A stretch of DNA of 64,000 nucleotides, taken from Parcubacteria group bacterium (GTDB lineage Bacteria; Patescibacteriota; Minisyncoccia; Moranbacterales; GCA-2747515). How positions within the stretch are numbered: the first letter of the stretch is position 1; every line of letters starts with the position of its first letter. The stretch lies in contig JBAZXC010000001.1 in assembly GCA_041660065.1 (NCBI GenBank), positions 200,535 through 264,534 of the forward strand, given 5' to 3'. The notes below the pieces were generated by a model, which was not told the DNA's origin, made no database searches, and saw nothing but the letters and a program-made list of their open reading frames with translations. Shown here piece by piece: positions 40,767 to 51,645 of the stretch. Made by a program: the position numbers and the translations under genes.

Positions 40767-41441
40767 TTATACATGAGTTGTTTTTTTCATGCAAGAATCA
40801 ACATGAACGACATATACCATTGTAAAATATGCCGTTAGCGCCTTAAAAAATTCGATGTCATTTCCCGCTTTTTCGCTATATGGAAGAGCGATACATGTGC
40901 GCAAACTCTGATTTTGTGCATCAGAGTACACAAAGAGAATATCTTTATGACGATAGCTTCGCGTTTGTGTTTCTTTGCAAAAAAGCGCATCCGGCAAATG
41001 TTTGAAATTATTCGTTCCATTGATCTTCCCCAAAGATTTCTTATCTTCAAGAGACAGGAAACGAAATGAAAAGATGTTTGTATAGGGCAACAATGCCATG
41101 GCGCGTGTTACGGCACTGCTATAATCGTCGGCATTCATGTGAGAAAGGTCAGAAAAAATTTCGTACATAATGTCCGTGCGACGATTGCTGTGCCCGATGT
41201 ATGAATATGACTCGGATAGATCCTTTTGCGCTCTGGCAAATAATCTCTGCAAACGTACACGATCACGCAATGTCTGAAAAACTTGATAATCACGCATTCT
41301 ATAGATGGTAAAACTTACAATTCCCGCAAGAAGCAAAATCAATGCTTCCACATCATCCTCTGAAAAAAACCACACGCCATGCAATACCATATACGGTGTC
41401 GCCACGATGACGACAAATATTGCGAGATAGAGAAAAAACAT
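40767..41441 (-). CDS. Hypothetical protein with two N-terminal TM helices
   Basis: Operonic ORF with a hydrophobic N-terminus. Confidence 0.7.
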   Translation of the reverse strand: MFFLYLAIFVVIVATPYMVLHGVWFFSEDDVEALILLLAGIVSFTIYRMRDYQVFQTLRDRVRLQRLFARAQKDLSESYSYIGHSNRRTDIMYEIFSDLSHMNADDYSSAVTRAMALLPYTNIFSFRFLSLEDKKSLGKINGTNNFKHLPDALFCKETQTRSYRHKDILFVYSDAQNQSLRTCIALPYSEKAGNDIEFFKALTAYFTMVYVVHVDSCMKKTTHV

Positions 41442-41445
41442 GATT

Positions 41446-42318
41446 TTATATATTTTTTAATGATTTAATATATTTTTTTAGACGATCCTTGATTTCTGGA
41501 TGGTGTAATCCCATTTGAATTGTCGCTTGTACGAAACCGAATTTATCACCACAATCATAGCGCGTGCCATCCACCTCATAACCGTAAATTGGTCGATTAT
41601 TTTCGATCATGCGCACAAAGGCATTGGCGAGACGAATTTCTCCCTTATCGTTGACCGATTCTTCCAATTTATCAAATATCTCCGGTGTAATAATATACTT
41701 CCCCACTGCGATCAAATTTGATGGTGCATCTTGAGTCTTTGGTTTTTCGACAAACCGACGAATTTCAAAAAGTCGATCATCGATTTTTACGGGATCCACA
41801 ACGCCAAAACGGTGTACATCTTCGTCCGGCACGGTACATAAGGCAATGACCGGATCAGTGTATTTTTCAAAGACGTCGATCAATTGTTTGATTGCGGGGA
41901 TTTTTCCATCAATGATATCATCGCCAAAAAGAACGGCAACAGACTCATCGGGATGCACGAGATGCCGTGCGCATAAAACCGCATGTCCATCTCCCAATGG
42001 TTCCGGTTGTCGTACATAACTAAATTTTGCGAGACCGGAAATTTTACGCACGGCGTCCAATAAATCATGCTTGTCTTTTTCTACAAGTGTACGTTCCAAT
42101 TCAAATGATGTATCAAAGTGATCTTCTATTGCACGCTTGCCACGACCAGTGACAAATATGATCTCTTCGATACCGGAAGCGACTGCTTCTTCTACCAAAT
42201 ATTGAATCACCGGCTTATCAACAATCGGTAACATTTCTTTTGGTTGTGCTTTGGTTGCTGGCAAGAAACGTGTTCCAAAACCTGCAACCGGTAATATGGC
42301 TTTTGTGATCCTTTTCAT
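41446..42318 (-). CDS. galU: UTP--glucose-1-phosphate uridylyltransferase
   Basis: PVAGFGTRFLPATKAQPKEMLPIVDKP, QPEPLGDGHA and VEKP motifs. Confidence 0.97.
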   Translation of the reverse strand: MKRITKAILPVAGFGTRFLPATKAQPKEMLPIVDKPVIQYLVEEAVASGIEEIIFVTGRGKRAIEDHFDTSFELERTLVEKDKHDLLDAVRKISGLAKFSYVRQPEPLGDGHAVLCARHLVHPDESVAVLFGDDIIDGKIPAIKQLIDVFEKYTDPVIALCTVPDEDVHRFGVVDPVKIDDRLFEIRRFVEKPKTQDAPSNLIAVGKYIITPEIFDKLEESVNDKGEIRLANAFVRMIENNRPIYGYEVDGTRYDCGDKFGFVQATIQMGLHHPEIKDRLKKYIKSLKNI

Positions 42319-42406
42319 AAAATATGTGTATTGCTGTTAAATTTTACTCTATTGTAGTAAGAAAAAAGCGATCGTGCAACTATTGTTGCCAGATCGCTCA
42401 GAAAAA

Positions 42407-43270
42407 TCAATCTATATCACGACATGCATGCAATTGCGCCTTGCCGATCGCTTTATTGCGGTCAAAGCCTTTGTGTAGCGCTTCCAAAAGAATTGGGTCG
42501 AACTTTTCTACAAACCCTTTCTTGATCGCAAGAACATTTGCCTCGTGCCATGATTCGATTGTTCCTGCATCCAACCATTCACCCGCGATCTCATGCAATT
42601 GCAGAGTACCTTTCTGTAGATAATAATTGTGCAGATCAACAATTTCGTACTCTCCGCGCTCTGATGGCGTGAGAGTTTTCGCCACGTTAATCACGTCATT
42701 ATCATAAATGTATGCTCCGGGAATTGCGAGACTGCTTTCCGGTTTGATGGGTTTTTCTACGATGTTTGTGACAATGCCCTTTTTGTTCACTGTCGCAACA
42801 GCAAACCGTTCCGGATCCGGCACTTTTTTGGCAAAAATACAGCCACCTTTGCGAAATTTTTTGACTGCATCAGCAATTGCCTCCACATCCTCAAAAATAT
42901 TATCTCCCAGGATCATCGTCACATTATCTTCCCCGATGAACGGTGCACCAATTGTGAATGCTTCCGGTAATCCGGCGGGAATCTGCTGGACGGATGAAAA
43001 GATGGATATGCCATATGGACGTAAAAGTGGTTCAAGCATGTTTACAAAACTGCCACTGTGTTGCGGTGATGTGATGATGAGAATATCCTTAATGCCTGCC
43101 TTGAGCAACACATTGAGCGGATGAAAAATCATCGGCACACGACCGACCGGCAACATCTGTTTTGATGTTTGATCTGTGAGAGGCCACAATCGCGACCCTG
43201 TTCCTCCGGCTAATATAATACCTTTCATTTGCACCTTCCTTTTGGATTTTTTGATGGTTTTTTTCTTCAT
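42407..43270 (-). CDS. Glucose-1-phosphate thymidylyltransferase-like sugar nucleotidyltransferase (RmlA/SpsI family)
   Basis: GIILAGGTGSRLWPLT, LGDNIF, VEKP, PSERGEYEI and WLDAGT motifs. Confidence 0.88.
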   Translation of the reverse strand: MKKKTIKKSKRKVQMKGIILAGGTGSRLWPLTDQTSKQMLPVGRVPMIFHPLNVLLKAGIKDILIITSPQHSGSFVNMLEPLLRPYGISIFSSVQQIPAGLPEAFTIGAPFIGEDNVTMILGDNIFEDVEAIADAVKKFRKGGCIFAKKVPDPERFAVATVNKKGIVTNIVEKPIKPESSLAIPGAYIYDNDVINVAKTLTPSERGEYEIVDLHNYYLQKGTLQLHEIAGEWLDAGTIESWHEANVLAIKKGFVEKFDPILLEALHKGFDRNKAIGKAQLHACRDID

Positions 43271-43312
43271 ATAAAGAACGTTTAATCAGATTAAACAAAT
43301 ATTGGTAAAAAA

Positions 43313-44548
43313 TCAAGTGTAGAGAGGAAATTTTTTGCAAAGTGCGCGTACCTCTTTGTGGATACGTATACTAAGTGCCTTGTTTGCATGATCATTGCAT
43401 ACATCATTGATCCACTGCGCAATCATGATCATTTCTTTTTCCTTCATGCCACGCGTTGTGATCGCTTGAACACCGAGCCGAATACCACTTGGGTCAAATG
43501 GACTGCGTGAATCATCAGGGACCATATTCTTGTTAAGTGTAATACCCACAGCATCGAGAGCGACCTCCGCTTGTTTACCGGTAATATTTTTACTTTTTAG
43601 TATATCAATGAGCAGGAGATGGTTTTCCGTTTTCCCAAAACAAATATGAAAACCGTGTTTTTTTAATTCCCTTTCCATCACTTTTGCATTGAGAAGAATC
43701 TGTTGTGCGTATTTTTTGAAAGATGGCTTGAGAGCTTCTCCAAGCGCAACGGCTTTTGCTGCGGTGTTGTTCATGTGTGGGCCACCTTGAAATCCCGGAA
43801 ATGTTGCTTTGTCGATCGCTTGCGCAAACTTTTTTTTGCACAGGATCATGCCACCACGCGGTCCGCGCAATGTTTTATGTGTCGTCGTCGTCACCACATC
43901 ACACACACGTACAGGATTTGGGATCACGCCTCCGGCGACCAGTCCGGCGATATGTGCCATGTCCATCATAAGGACGGCACCAACTTCATCGGCGATCTTG
44001 CGAAATTTTGTATAAGATAAATTGCGCGAATACGCAGAAAATCCCGCGAGAAGCATTTTTGGTTTGTGTTCAATCGCCAATGCGCGCAATTTTTCATAAT
44101 CGATCGTGCCGTCTTTTTCTGTTTTGTAACGGATGAAATTATAGATCTTTGCCGGAAGTGTCACAGGATGTCCATGCGTCAGATGTCCGCCATGACCGAG
44201 ATCCATGCCCAACACTGTATCGCCCGGTTCCAATAGTGCGCTGTATACGATCATATTTGCCGGTGCACCGGAGTGTGGTTGCACATTGACATGCTCGGCG
44301 CCAAAAAGTTTTTTGGCACGATCGATTGCGAGATTTTCAATTTTATCAGTAAACTCTTGTCCGCCATAATATCGTTTACCGGGATACCCTTCGGAATATT
44401 TGTTGGTCATCACACTTCCCAATGCCTCCAAAACCGCCGGAGATACATAGTTTTCCGACGCAATGAGCTCCAAACCCTCTTGCTGTCTCTTCAACTCATC
44501 GTGAATGATCTTATATACGGTCTTATCTTTCTTTTGTAATATGCTCAT
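43313..44548 (-). CDS. glyA: Serine hydroxymethyltransferase
   Basis: [22 protein letters not shown] and [13 protein letters not shown] motifs. Confidence 0.99.
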   Translation of the reverse strand: MSILQKKDKTVYKIIHDELKRQQEGLELIASENYVSPAVLEALGSVMTNKYSEGYPGKRYYGGQEFTDKIENLAIDRAKKLFGAEHVNVQPHSGAPANMIVYSALLEPGDTVLGMDLGHGGHLTHGHPVTLPAKIYNFIRYKTEKDGTIDYEKLRALAIEHKPKMLLAGFSAYSRNLSYTKFRKIADEVGAVLMMDMAHIAGLVAGGVIPNPVRVCDVVTTTTHKTLRGPRGGMILCKKKFAQAIDKATFPGFQGGPHMNNTAAKAVALGEALKPSFKKYAQQILLNAKVMERELKKHGFHICFGKTENHLLLIDILKSKNITGKQAEVALDAVGITLNKNMVPDDSRSPFDPSGIRLGVQAITTRGMKEKEMIMIAQWINDVCNDHANKALSIRIHKEVRALCKKFPLYT

Positions 44549-44744
44549 AAGGTGTTTTGAATAATCGATCTAAAAACTCTCACAATTATCATCATACAAC
44601 CATCACACCAATCTGTAAAATAGCGCCACAATCACTTGTTTTGTCAATATTTACACACAACGACAGATTCTGTAGACTTCTTACAATATCGTTACTTTAA
44701 CAAATTGATGCCAACCTTTAATCAAAAACGACAAGGAGAATAGG

Positions 44745-45435
44745 ATGAATGATCAAGTGAAAATATTTGACCACGATGGTTGTATTGATAAAAAAATTGT
44801 CGGAAGATTTTTTGATTTCGTATGTAACACTTTCCCTAAAAAAACAAGGGGGGGCGTAGCGGAAAGAACTTAAGGGTAATTCAGCATATGCAACACCAAT
44901 TTTTAAGGGACAAGTCCGGATAAAAAGAGATGACCTTGATTCTTTTGCCAAAAAAAATAATACTTCGGCAGAAAATCTCATGATCCAGTTTCATGCAAGT
45001 TCCAATTCCGCACCGCAAAGCACAGGAGGATCAAAAGAAACTCGTTCAAAGTTCCTTGCCGGATTACAGGCTTTGCTTTTTGCAAAAAATCCCCATATGA
45101 AAGATGGTCGTGTGTTTTGCGGAAAACTCAATGAGGGATCACCTGCCAATGGACAAAATCACTATGAAAGATTTTTGGCAGATGGCACAATGCCGGCATT
45201 TTGGCTTGATCTGATTGTGGATCCAAATAAGCGTGAGGCATTCACTGCGCAATACATGTCGCAAGAAAAAGATCCTGAAAAATCATCCGATGCATTACCC
45301 CATGCTTCTGAGCCGTCTGCAAACCAGGTAAAGATCATCACAAAATTTTGTGAACTACCGCAGGAATTCATCGATCCATGCTTTGGAAAAAATATTTCCT
45401 GCGCACGTGAAAGAAATCCTGTTACAAAAATCTAA
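44745..45435 (+). pseudogene. Orphan gene apparently split by a +1 frameshift (44745-44873 plus open frame 44860-45435)
   Basis: Promoter TTTACA-17-TAGACT and SD AAGGAG lead to a 42-aa ORF overlapping a long open frame whose first ATG (44980) lacks an SD; terminator at about 45445-45480. Confidence 0.5.
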
Positions 45436-45503
45436 AAACGAAACATGATCACAGTCGTCAAATGACAGCTGTGATCATTTTTATTTACGATCAATATGCG
45501 TAA

Positions 45504-47867
45504 TTACCGTCGCACTGTTATATCGTCATCTTTTTCAAGTGCCTCAATAATGTACATGATCTGCACATCCACCTCCTCGGAGGCAAGTGTACGATCATCT
45601 GCTCCAAAAATAATATGAAATGCGAGTGAGCGCTCTTCTGTTTCTGCATTGTCATAAATATCAAAGACATCCACATCTTTGATGTTGGTGCCACCGGACG
45701 CATAAATGACCCGTTCTATATCCGCCACACGCGTGTATTGAGGTACGAGCAGAGAGAGATCACGTGTTACGATTGGATATTTGACAAGTGGTGCATAAAA
45801 GTTTTCTGCACGCATTTCCTGAAAAATTTGCACAATATTCAACTCACCCACAGCAACGCGGTCTCTTTTGATCCCATAAAACTTCTGTGTCTTTTTTGCA
45901 ACTTCACCAACCCATCCCAACGCCTTTCCTTCTGTTGTACGCACGAGTGCGCGTCTCGACGGATGCAAATTTGGTATATGTTCTTCATTCTCATCAAACA
46001 CATCGTCAAAATAGATTTCGCCGATATTGCATAGTGTGCAAATGTTTTCTATCAAACCTTTTATTTCATAAAACTGGGATCCGTCAATTTCCCGCGATGC
46101 AACGGCAAAACCGAGAACTAATTTTTCATCCGGCAACACATGTTTTGTAGGATCATAGATGCGTCCAATGTCACACAACCTGATCTCCGGGAAATAACTC
46201 AGGTTTTTTTTGATCGCACGGCATAGTTCTGGCATAAGCGATCGTCGCATGACCGCATGTTCCGGTGTGAGTGGATTGAGCACTGCAACGTGATTTTCAT
46301 CATTCAAGCCAATCGCTTTTGCATCCTCGCGTGCATAAAACGAATATCCCTTGATCTCATCAAAACCGCTCGCAATGCATGCATCCATAAGCGTACGTTC
46401 ACATTGTCGCAATTCATTTTTTTTCGGTGTTGAAATGTTTTCCTGCAGTGGTTTTTTTGTGATTTTCTCATAACCATAGACGCGTCCGATCTCTTCGATC
46501 AGATCTTCTTGTGTTGTGAGATCACGGCGGATCGTCGGCACAGTTACTACAAGTGTATCATTTTTCTCAGTCGTTTGGATTTGCATGCCAAGTCGCACCA
46601 AAATATCTGTTATTGTTTCTTCCGCAACATCTGCACCGAGTAATTTGCTCACCATCGATAATGACAGTTCGATGCCCCATTCCTTGACCGGGAGAGGATA
46701 AATGTCGCGTACTGCGACTACATGTGCGTGACACACCTCTGATAATAGCGCTACGGCTCGCTCTGTGGCATATGCGGTCAAATTTGGATCAATATCACGC
46801 TCATAGCGAAAAGCTGCATCAGTGAGGAGATTGTGCCGTCTCTGTGTATAGCGAATTGTCGGCGCATCAAATGACGCGCTTTCCAAAACGATCTCTGAGG
46901 TTGCTTCTGTGATCCCGCTTTCTTTTCCGCCCATGACACCGGCTATGGCAATCGGACGGACTCCATCCGTGATCACCATATCATCCTGCGTCAACGTTTT
47001 TTCTGTATCATCCAAAAGCATGATCTTTTCTCCTTCCTGCGCCTGACGTACAAGAATTTTTTTCACATGATCTGCAGAAAACGCATGGAGAGGTTGTCCG
47101 GTCTCCAACATCACATAATTGGTAATATCTACAACAGCATTAATTGATTTAACCCCACAAACACGCAATCGATCCACGATCCACTGGGGTGTCTCTCGGT
47201 TTTGTACACCATCCATTGCAACGGCGATATAACGATTACACTTTTTTGTATCGATCGTAACATCATACTGTGTTGCCACATCCGGCACAATGCCATTCAA
47301 CACGATCGGGGACTTCCCTTCCAGTGCTCTAATTTCATTGGCTATGCCAATATGCGACAGACAATCATGCCCGCGATTTGGCAATATTTTGATGTCAATT
47401 ACAGCATCATTGCGTCCTGTGTATTCTGTAAAAGATCCGCCAATCGGCGCATCAGGATTTAACACGATGATCGTATCATGGTTATTGCTGATCCCTAGCT
47501 CATCCTCCGCACAAATCATACCATTGGATTCCACGCCGCGAATTTTATTTTTCTTGATCGTAAGTCCACATGGCAATTCTGATCCTATCAAAGCCACAGG
47601 CACCTTTTGTCCCGCCTCCAAATTTGGTGCACCGCAGACTATTTGCAACGTTTCCGCGCCAATATGTACTGTCGCCACATGCAAACGATCGGCATCAGGA
47701 TGTTGTTCTTTTGTAAGCACCTCCCCAATTACGACTTTTTCCAATCCTTTTGACATGTCGTCGATGCTTTCAATTTCAAAACTGTGCGTAAGCAATAACT
47801 GCGCGATCTCATCAACCGTTTTTGTCGTTCCGCTCAATTCTTTGATCCATTTGTAACTATATTTCAT
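45504..47867 (-). CDS. pheT: Phenylalanine--tRNA ligase beta subunit
   Basis: HPDADRL, IVCGAPN, PNRGHDCLS, QEDLIEEIGRVYGY and C-terminal RDLS domain. Confidence 0.98.
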   Translation of the reverse strand: MKYSYKWIKELSGTTKTVDEIAQLLLTHSFEIESIDDMSKGLEKVVIGEVLTKEQHPDADRLHVATVHIGAETLQIVCGAPNLEAGQKVPVALIGSELPCGLTIKKNKIRGVESNGMICAEDELGISNNHDTIIVLNPDAPIGGSFTEYTGRNDAVIDIKILPNRGHDCLSHIGIANEIRALEGKSPIVLNGIVPDVATQYDVTIDTKKCNRYIAVAMDGVQNRETPQWIVDRLRVCGVKSINAVVDITNYVMLETGQPLHAFSADHVKKILVRQAQEGEKIMLLDDTEKTLTQDDMVITDGVRPIAIAGVMGGKESGITEATSEIVLESASFDAPTIRYTQRRHNLLTDAAFRYERDIDPNLTAYATERAVALLSEVCHAHVVAVRDIYPLPVKEWGIELSLSMVSKLLGADVAEETITDILVRLGMQIQTTEKNDTLVVTVPTIRRDLTTQEDLIEEIGRVYGYEKITKKPLQENISTPKKNELRQCERTLMDACIASGFDEIKGYSFYAREDAKAIGLNDENHVAVLNPLTPEHAVMRRSLMPELCRAIKKNLSYFPEIRLCDIGRIYDPTKHVLPDEKLVLGFAVASREIDGSQFYEIKGLIENICTLCNIGEIYFDDVFDENEEHIPNLHPSRRALVRTTEGKALGWVGEVAKKTQKFYGIKRDRVAVGELNIVQIFQEMRAENFYAPLVKYPIVTRDLSLLVPQYTRVADIERVIYASGGTNIKDVDVFDIYDNAETEERSLAFHIIFGADDRTLASEEVDVQIMYIIEALEKDDDITVRR

Positions 47868-47903
47868 AAAATGTAATATTTAGTACCTTGATATACACAT
47901 TGT

Positions 47904-48938
47904 TTAAAACTGCCTTGTAAATCGGAGATCGCCGCCATGAAACAAGCGAATGTCATCGATCTTGTATTTCATCATTGCCAGGCGTTCCAATCCAAAGCCC
48001 CACGCAAATCCTTGATATTTATTACGCTCATATCCGGCCATTGCAAAAACGTTTTGGTGCACCATGCCGGCACCGCCAATCTCGATCCACCCTGTTTTTT
48101 TACATACACTGCATCCGGTTCCCCCGCATGATGTACACGAAATATCAAATTCAAAACCCGGCTCCACAAACGGGAAATAACTCGGTCGCAAACGCACAGT
48201 AATATCTTTTTTGAAAAATTCCTTGAAAAATGTTTCTGCAATTGATAAAAAATTTGCTACACTCACATCCGGTCCCACCACAAGCGCTTCAAATTGATGA
48301 AATGTGTGCTCGTGTGATGCGTCAGTCGCCTCATTGCGAAACACACGTCCCGGTACAATGATTCTCAGCGGTGGTGTATGCGTTTCCATATAACGCACCT
48401 GCACAGACGATGTTTGCGTGCGCAAAACCGATCCTGCACCTTTCTCTCTTTCCTCCTCTTGTGAGATCCAAAATGTATCTTGCATGTCGCGCCCCGGATG
48501 GTCATCCGGCATGTTGACTGCGTCAAAATTATAAAATTCCGTATCGATATCCGGTCCATCTGCGATCTCAAACCCCAGCGATGTAAAAATATCCTCAATA
48601 TCACGTTGCACGATCGTGATTGGATGCAAATGCCCGCGCAGAGCTTTTTTGCCCGGTGCGGTTACATCGATCCATTCAGATTGCGTATCAATTGCGTTTT
48701 CCAAATCCTCTTGTTTTTCATCAATTGCCTGCTGAATTGCGTGTTTGGCGTCATTTGCCAACGGACCAATCACTTTTTTTTCTTCTGCGGAGAGATCTTT
48801 TAATCCCTTAAGAATCGCGTTAAATGCAGATTTTTTTCCCAGATATGCAACACGTACTTCCTCCAACTCTCCCGAAGACTGTGTCATTGCAACTTTATCC
48901 AATGCGGTTTTTTTTACTCCCAAAATTGTATCTTTCAT
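47904..48938 (-). CDS. pheS: Phenylalanine--tRNA ligase alpha subunit
   Basis: GHLHP, HPGRDMQDTF, LRTQTS, SYFPFVEP and GFAWGFGLERLAM motifs. Confidence 0.99.
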   Translation of the reverse strand: MKDTILGVKKTALDKVAMTQSSGELEEVRVAYLGKKSAFNAILKGLKDLSAEEKKVIGPLANDAKHAIQQAIDEKQEDLENAIDTQSEWIDVTAPGKKALRGHLHPITIVQRDIEDIFTSLGFEIADGPDIDTEFYNFDAVNMPDDHPGRDMQDTFWISQEEEREKGAGSVLRTQTSSVQVRYMETHTPPLRIIVPGRVFRNEATDASHEHTFHQFEALVVGPDVSVANFLSIAETFFKEFFKKDITVRLRPSYFPFVEPGFEFDISCTSCGGTGCSVCKKTGWIEIGGAGMVHQNVFAMAGYERNKYQGFAWGFGLERLAMMKYKIDDIRLFHGGDLRFTRQF

Positions 48939-49070
48939 AGAGAAAATTATTATTGTCATTTGTTATCATAACACATGTGCACAAAAAGTGAAGAATGTCA
49001 TACATAACTAAAAAGATCGGGTAACGAGTACTCGATCTAAAAAATATGTAAAAATTTTTATCGTATATTG

Positions 49071-49466
49071 CTACAGGATGACGTACTCCTTTTTTGTATA
49101 CGCGTAGGTAACTGCCGCAATACCCATAGCCATCATTCCCGCGATAAACGTCGCAATGAAGCCAGGGCCTGTTGCGGGTGTTTTTCTAGTCGCAACTTCT
49201 TTCGATATTTTTTCGGTAACAACCTGCGTGTTCTGAGCTGTCTTTACTGTTTCATTTGGCTTTGTCACTGCAGTTGCACCTGCACCATCTTCTTTTTCCG
49301 ATACAAGTTGTTTCAAAGCATCATCAACGCTCAAGGCAGACTCATCATCACCATTTTCGGCTTGTTGTGCATCATATCGATTTGACGAAAAAACAAGATA
49401 CAAGAAAACGCCCACAAACACAAATGCGACAACAACCCCTGAAATAACCCATTGATTCTTATCCAT
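49071..49466 (-). CDS. Small surface protein with putative sortase sorting signal
   Basis: N-terminal TM helix; C-terminal TPATG, hydrophobic helix and KK. Confidence 0.65.
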   Translation of the reverse strand: MDKNQWVISGVVVAFVFVGVFLYLVFSSNRYDAQQAENGDDESALSVDDALKQLVSEKEDGAGATAVTKPNETVKTAQNTQVVTEKISKEVATRKTPATGPGFIATFIAGMMAMGIAAVTYAYTKKEYVIL

Positions 49467-49540
49467 AAAGATACGCTCATTAAAAACTTAATACGCCAGT
49501 GTACCATGCATCAAAAAATTGTCAAACTTCTTTTCCTCAT

Positions 49541-50680
49541 TTATTCCCCCATTGGCGCAGAGAAGTTTAACGCGTCATCAATAAAACCTTTTACTGTTTC
49601 ATATGTTGCTACGCCACTCGATACATGCCCGTTGATAAAATATGTCGGTGTAGCGACCACACCAAATTGGGCGGCCTCTGCATCATTATGCGTGACAATC
49701 TCTTTTACACGATCTTCCGCAAGACATCCATGAAATTGCTCAGCATCCATATGCAATCGCGTAATATATGCGTTAAACTTTTCATCTGCTTTTTCTCCCG
49801 TTGTCATGAACCGATAATCTGCAGTGACCAACCGCATAAATTCCTGATATTTTCCTTGTTCACTGGCACATACAGCACCTTGCGCAAGTTTCATTGCCAG
49901 CGCTTGTTGTGCATTTGATAGTGGCTTTACCACAAATCGCACACGATCACCAAATTCTCCCAATAATTTTTCTATAATTGGAAACATCACTCTGCTCTCA
50001 TCAGTAGAAAAATCATCAAAAGCAATGATCGTTACAGGTGCTTGGGCGTTTCCTATGTGTATGCCATCTTGATCCGATGGTTGCGTGATATATTCACCGA
50101 TCGGCACACCGGCACTCGGCGCATCAAAAAAATATGCCCCTTGCCCAGCTTCCTTAAAAAGAATCGCTGCTTGTTGATAGAAGTCTGATTCCGTTATATC
50201 TTTTGCAAACAAAAACGCCGGAATATATTTGATACCCTCTTTTTGCGCATACCGTTTCCCTTCCTCTGTGCGCACATCGATGCGATGTGCTTCTAATGTT
50301 GGAATATATGAACGCAAACGCATCAATACTTCATCTGTCACACAATCGGAACAATCATCCGCATCAAAAAAGTCAACCACGATTTTTGGATCATCATAAC
50401 GCACCCATGTACTACCATCATATTCGATCACCTGTGCATCCTTGATCCCACGCGCTGAAAAGCCCTTTTGCGCAAAAAGCTGCACAACATCGATAAATAA
50501 TGCACCCCCTGCAATTCCGCCAAATAACACGATCAGTGCAATATAGCTTTTTCTCTGTTTGCGCAGTCGGCCATTTTTTTCTTGACATGCAGTATTGCTT
50601 TTTATCACATCTTCCCGCTCCTCAACTATTATTGCCGCGTCATCAAATGTTGATGTACTTTTTTTGTCATTGTTTACCAT
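49541..50680 (-). CDS. Membrane-anchored protein with tandem thioredoxin/DsbA-like domains
   Basis: CSDC in the first domain; GNAQAPVTII...CASEQGKY...GVVATPTYFING in the second, which lacks CxxC. Confidence 0.82.
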   Translation of the reverse strand: MVNNDKKSTSTFDDAAIIVEEREDVIKSNTACQEKNGRLRKQRKSYIALIVLFGGIAGGALFIDVVQLFAQKGFSARGIKDAQVIEYDGSTWVRYDDPKIVVDFFDADDCSDCVTDEVLMRLRSYIPTLEAHRIDVRTEEGKRYAQKEGIKYIPAFLFAKDITESDFYQQAAILFKEAGQGAYFFDAPSAGVPIGEYITQPSDQDGIHIGNAQAPVTIIAFDDFSTDESRVMFPIIEKLLGEFGDRVRFVVKPLSNAQQALAMKLAQGAVCASEQGKYQEFMRLVTADYRFMTTGEKADEKFNAYITRLHMDAEQFHGCLAEDRVKEIVTHNDAEAAQFGVVATPTYFINGHVSSGVATYETVKGFIDDALNFSAPMGE

Positions 50681-50732
50681 AAGCATCTCGTTTTAAAAAC
50701 AAAAAATGATCAGTGCTAAAAAAACAAAATTT

Positions 50733-50951
50733 CTACTCTGTGACCGCAGTAGGATCGCTATCTTCCTGCAGTACCGCTTGCTCTGCGCGATCAATATCAT
50801 ATAAGGTGCCATAGTCAATGACCGTTTCCGGATCATTAAACCCCGTCCGTACATGATTATTTATTACCCTTTTGGCGATTGCGCCCACAAGAAATGCTAC
50901 AACAAAAAGAAAAATCAAGTTCCCACGAGAAAACCTCTTTTTTTCTCCCAT
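50733..50951 (-). CDS. Small hypothetical membrane protein
   Basis: Single TM helix; co-oriented with neighbours. Confidence 0.6.
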   Translation of the reverse strand: MGEKKRFSRGNLIFLFVVAFLVGAIAKRVINNHVRTGFNDPETVIDYGTLYDIDRAEQAVLQEDSDPTAVTE

Positions 50952-51093
50952 AATCGATAAAATTACAAAAAAAACGATTTGATCCTACCCGCAAAATTAT
51001 TATCATTAACGCTAGCATAATTAATTCGCATATGCAACTTGACATATGCGTTTTTTGTGATTTCTGTTTTTTTGGGATATTTCCCTTTCTATG

Positions 51094-51516
51094 CTAAAAA
51101 AGTTTCTGCACCGATGCATCAAGTGCGTGATTTACCAATGAATCAGCAACCGTGTTTTGCGCACGTGGCACGTGATGGAATGTTACCGCACCAAAATCAA
51201 GCACGCCGTTCCACACAGTGATAAAATACTTTTGCATAGTGGGTTTGGTGATCTTGTATTCATGACGCAATTGCTTTACGACCAATTCGCTATCCAATCT
51301 GCAGATGACATGCGTATTTTTTGCCTTTTGCGATCCGAGAAGCGCTTTGCATTTTTTGAGTGCAAAGATCAATGCCTGATATTCCGCATCGTTATTAGTT
51401 GCATCTCCAATCGTTTCACCATAACGCTTATCATACGTTTTGATCCACACACCAATTGCCGCCGGTCCTGGATTTCCCCGTGAACCACCGTCCGTGTATA
51501 CAATAATCTCTTCCAT
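51094..51516 (-). CDS. rnhA: Ribonuclease HI family protein
   Basis: YTDGGSRGNPGPA, TNNDAEY, DSELVVKQ and HVPRAQNTVAD motifs. Confidence 0.93.
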   Translation of the reverse strand: MEEIIVYTDGGSRGNPGPAAIGVWIKTYDKRYGETIGDATNNDAEYQALIFALKKCKALLGSQKAKNTHVICRLDSELVVKQLRHEYKITKPTMQKYFITVWNGVLDFGAVTFHHVPRAQNTVADSLVNHALDASVQKLF

Positions 51517-51645
51517 AAAAAATCCTTTAAATATTTTACTCGCATTTCATTATATCATTATTTGCATTTTTTACTACACAAAAAATGAAAACCGCTTCGT
51601 TGTCGTTACAACAAAGCGGTTTTTTGAGGAGAATTCCCCAATGAA

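Noticed and set aside
44847-44873. prfB-type programmed +1 frameshift (AGGGGG ... stop)
   Set aside because: The SD-like run is too far from the stop, and the preceding codon is ACT rather than the slippery CTT.
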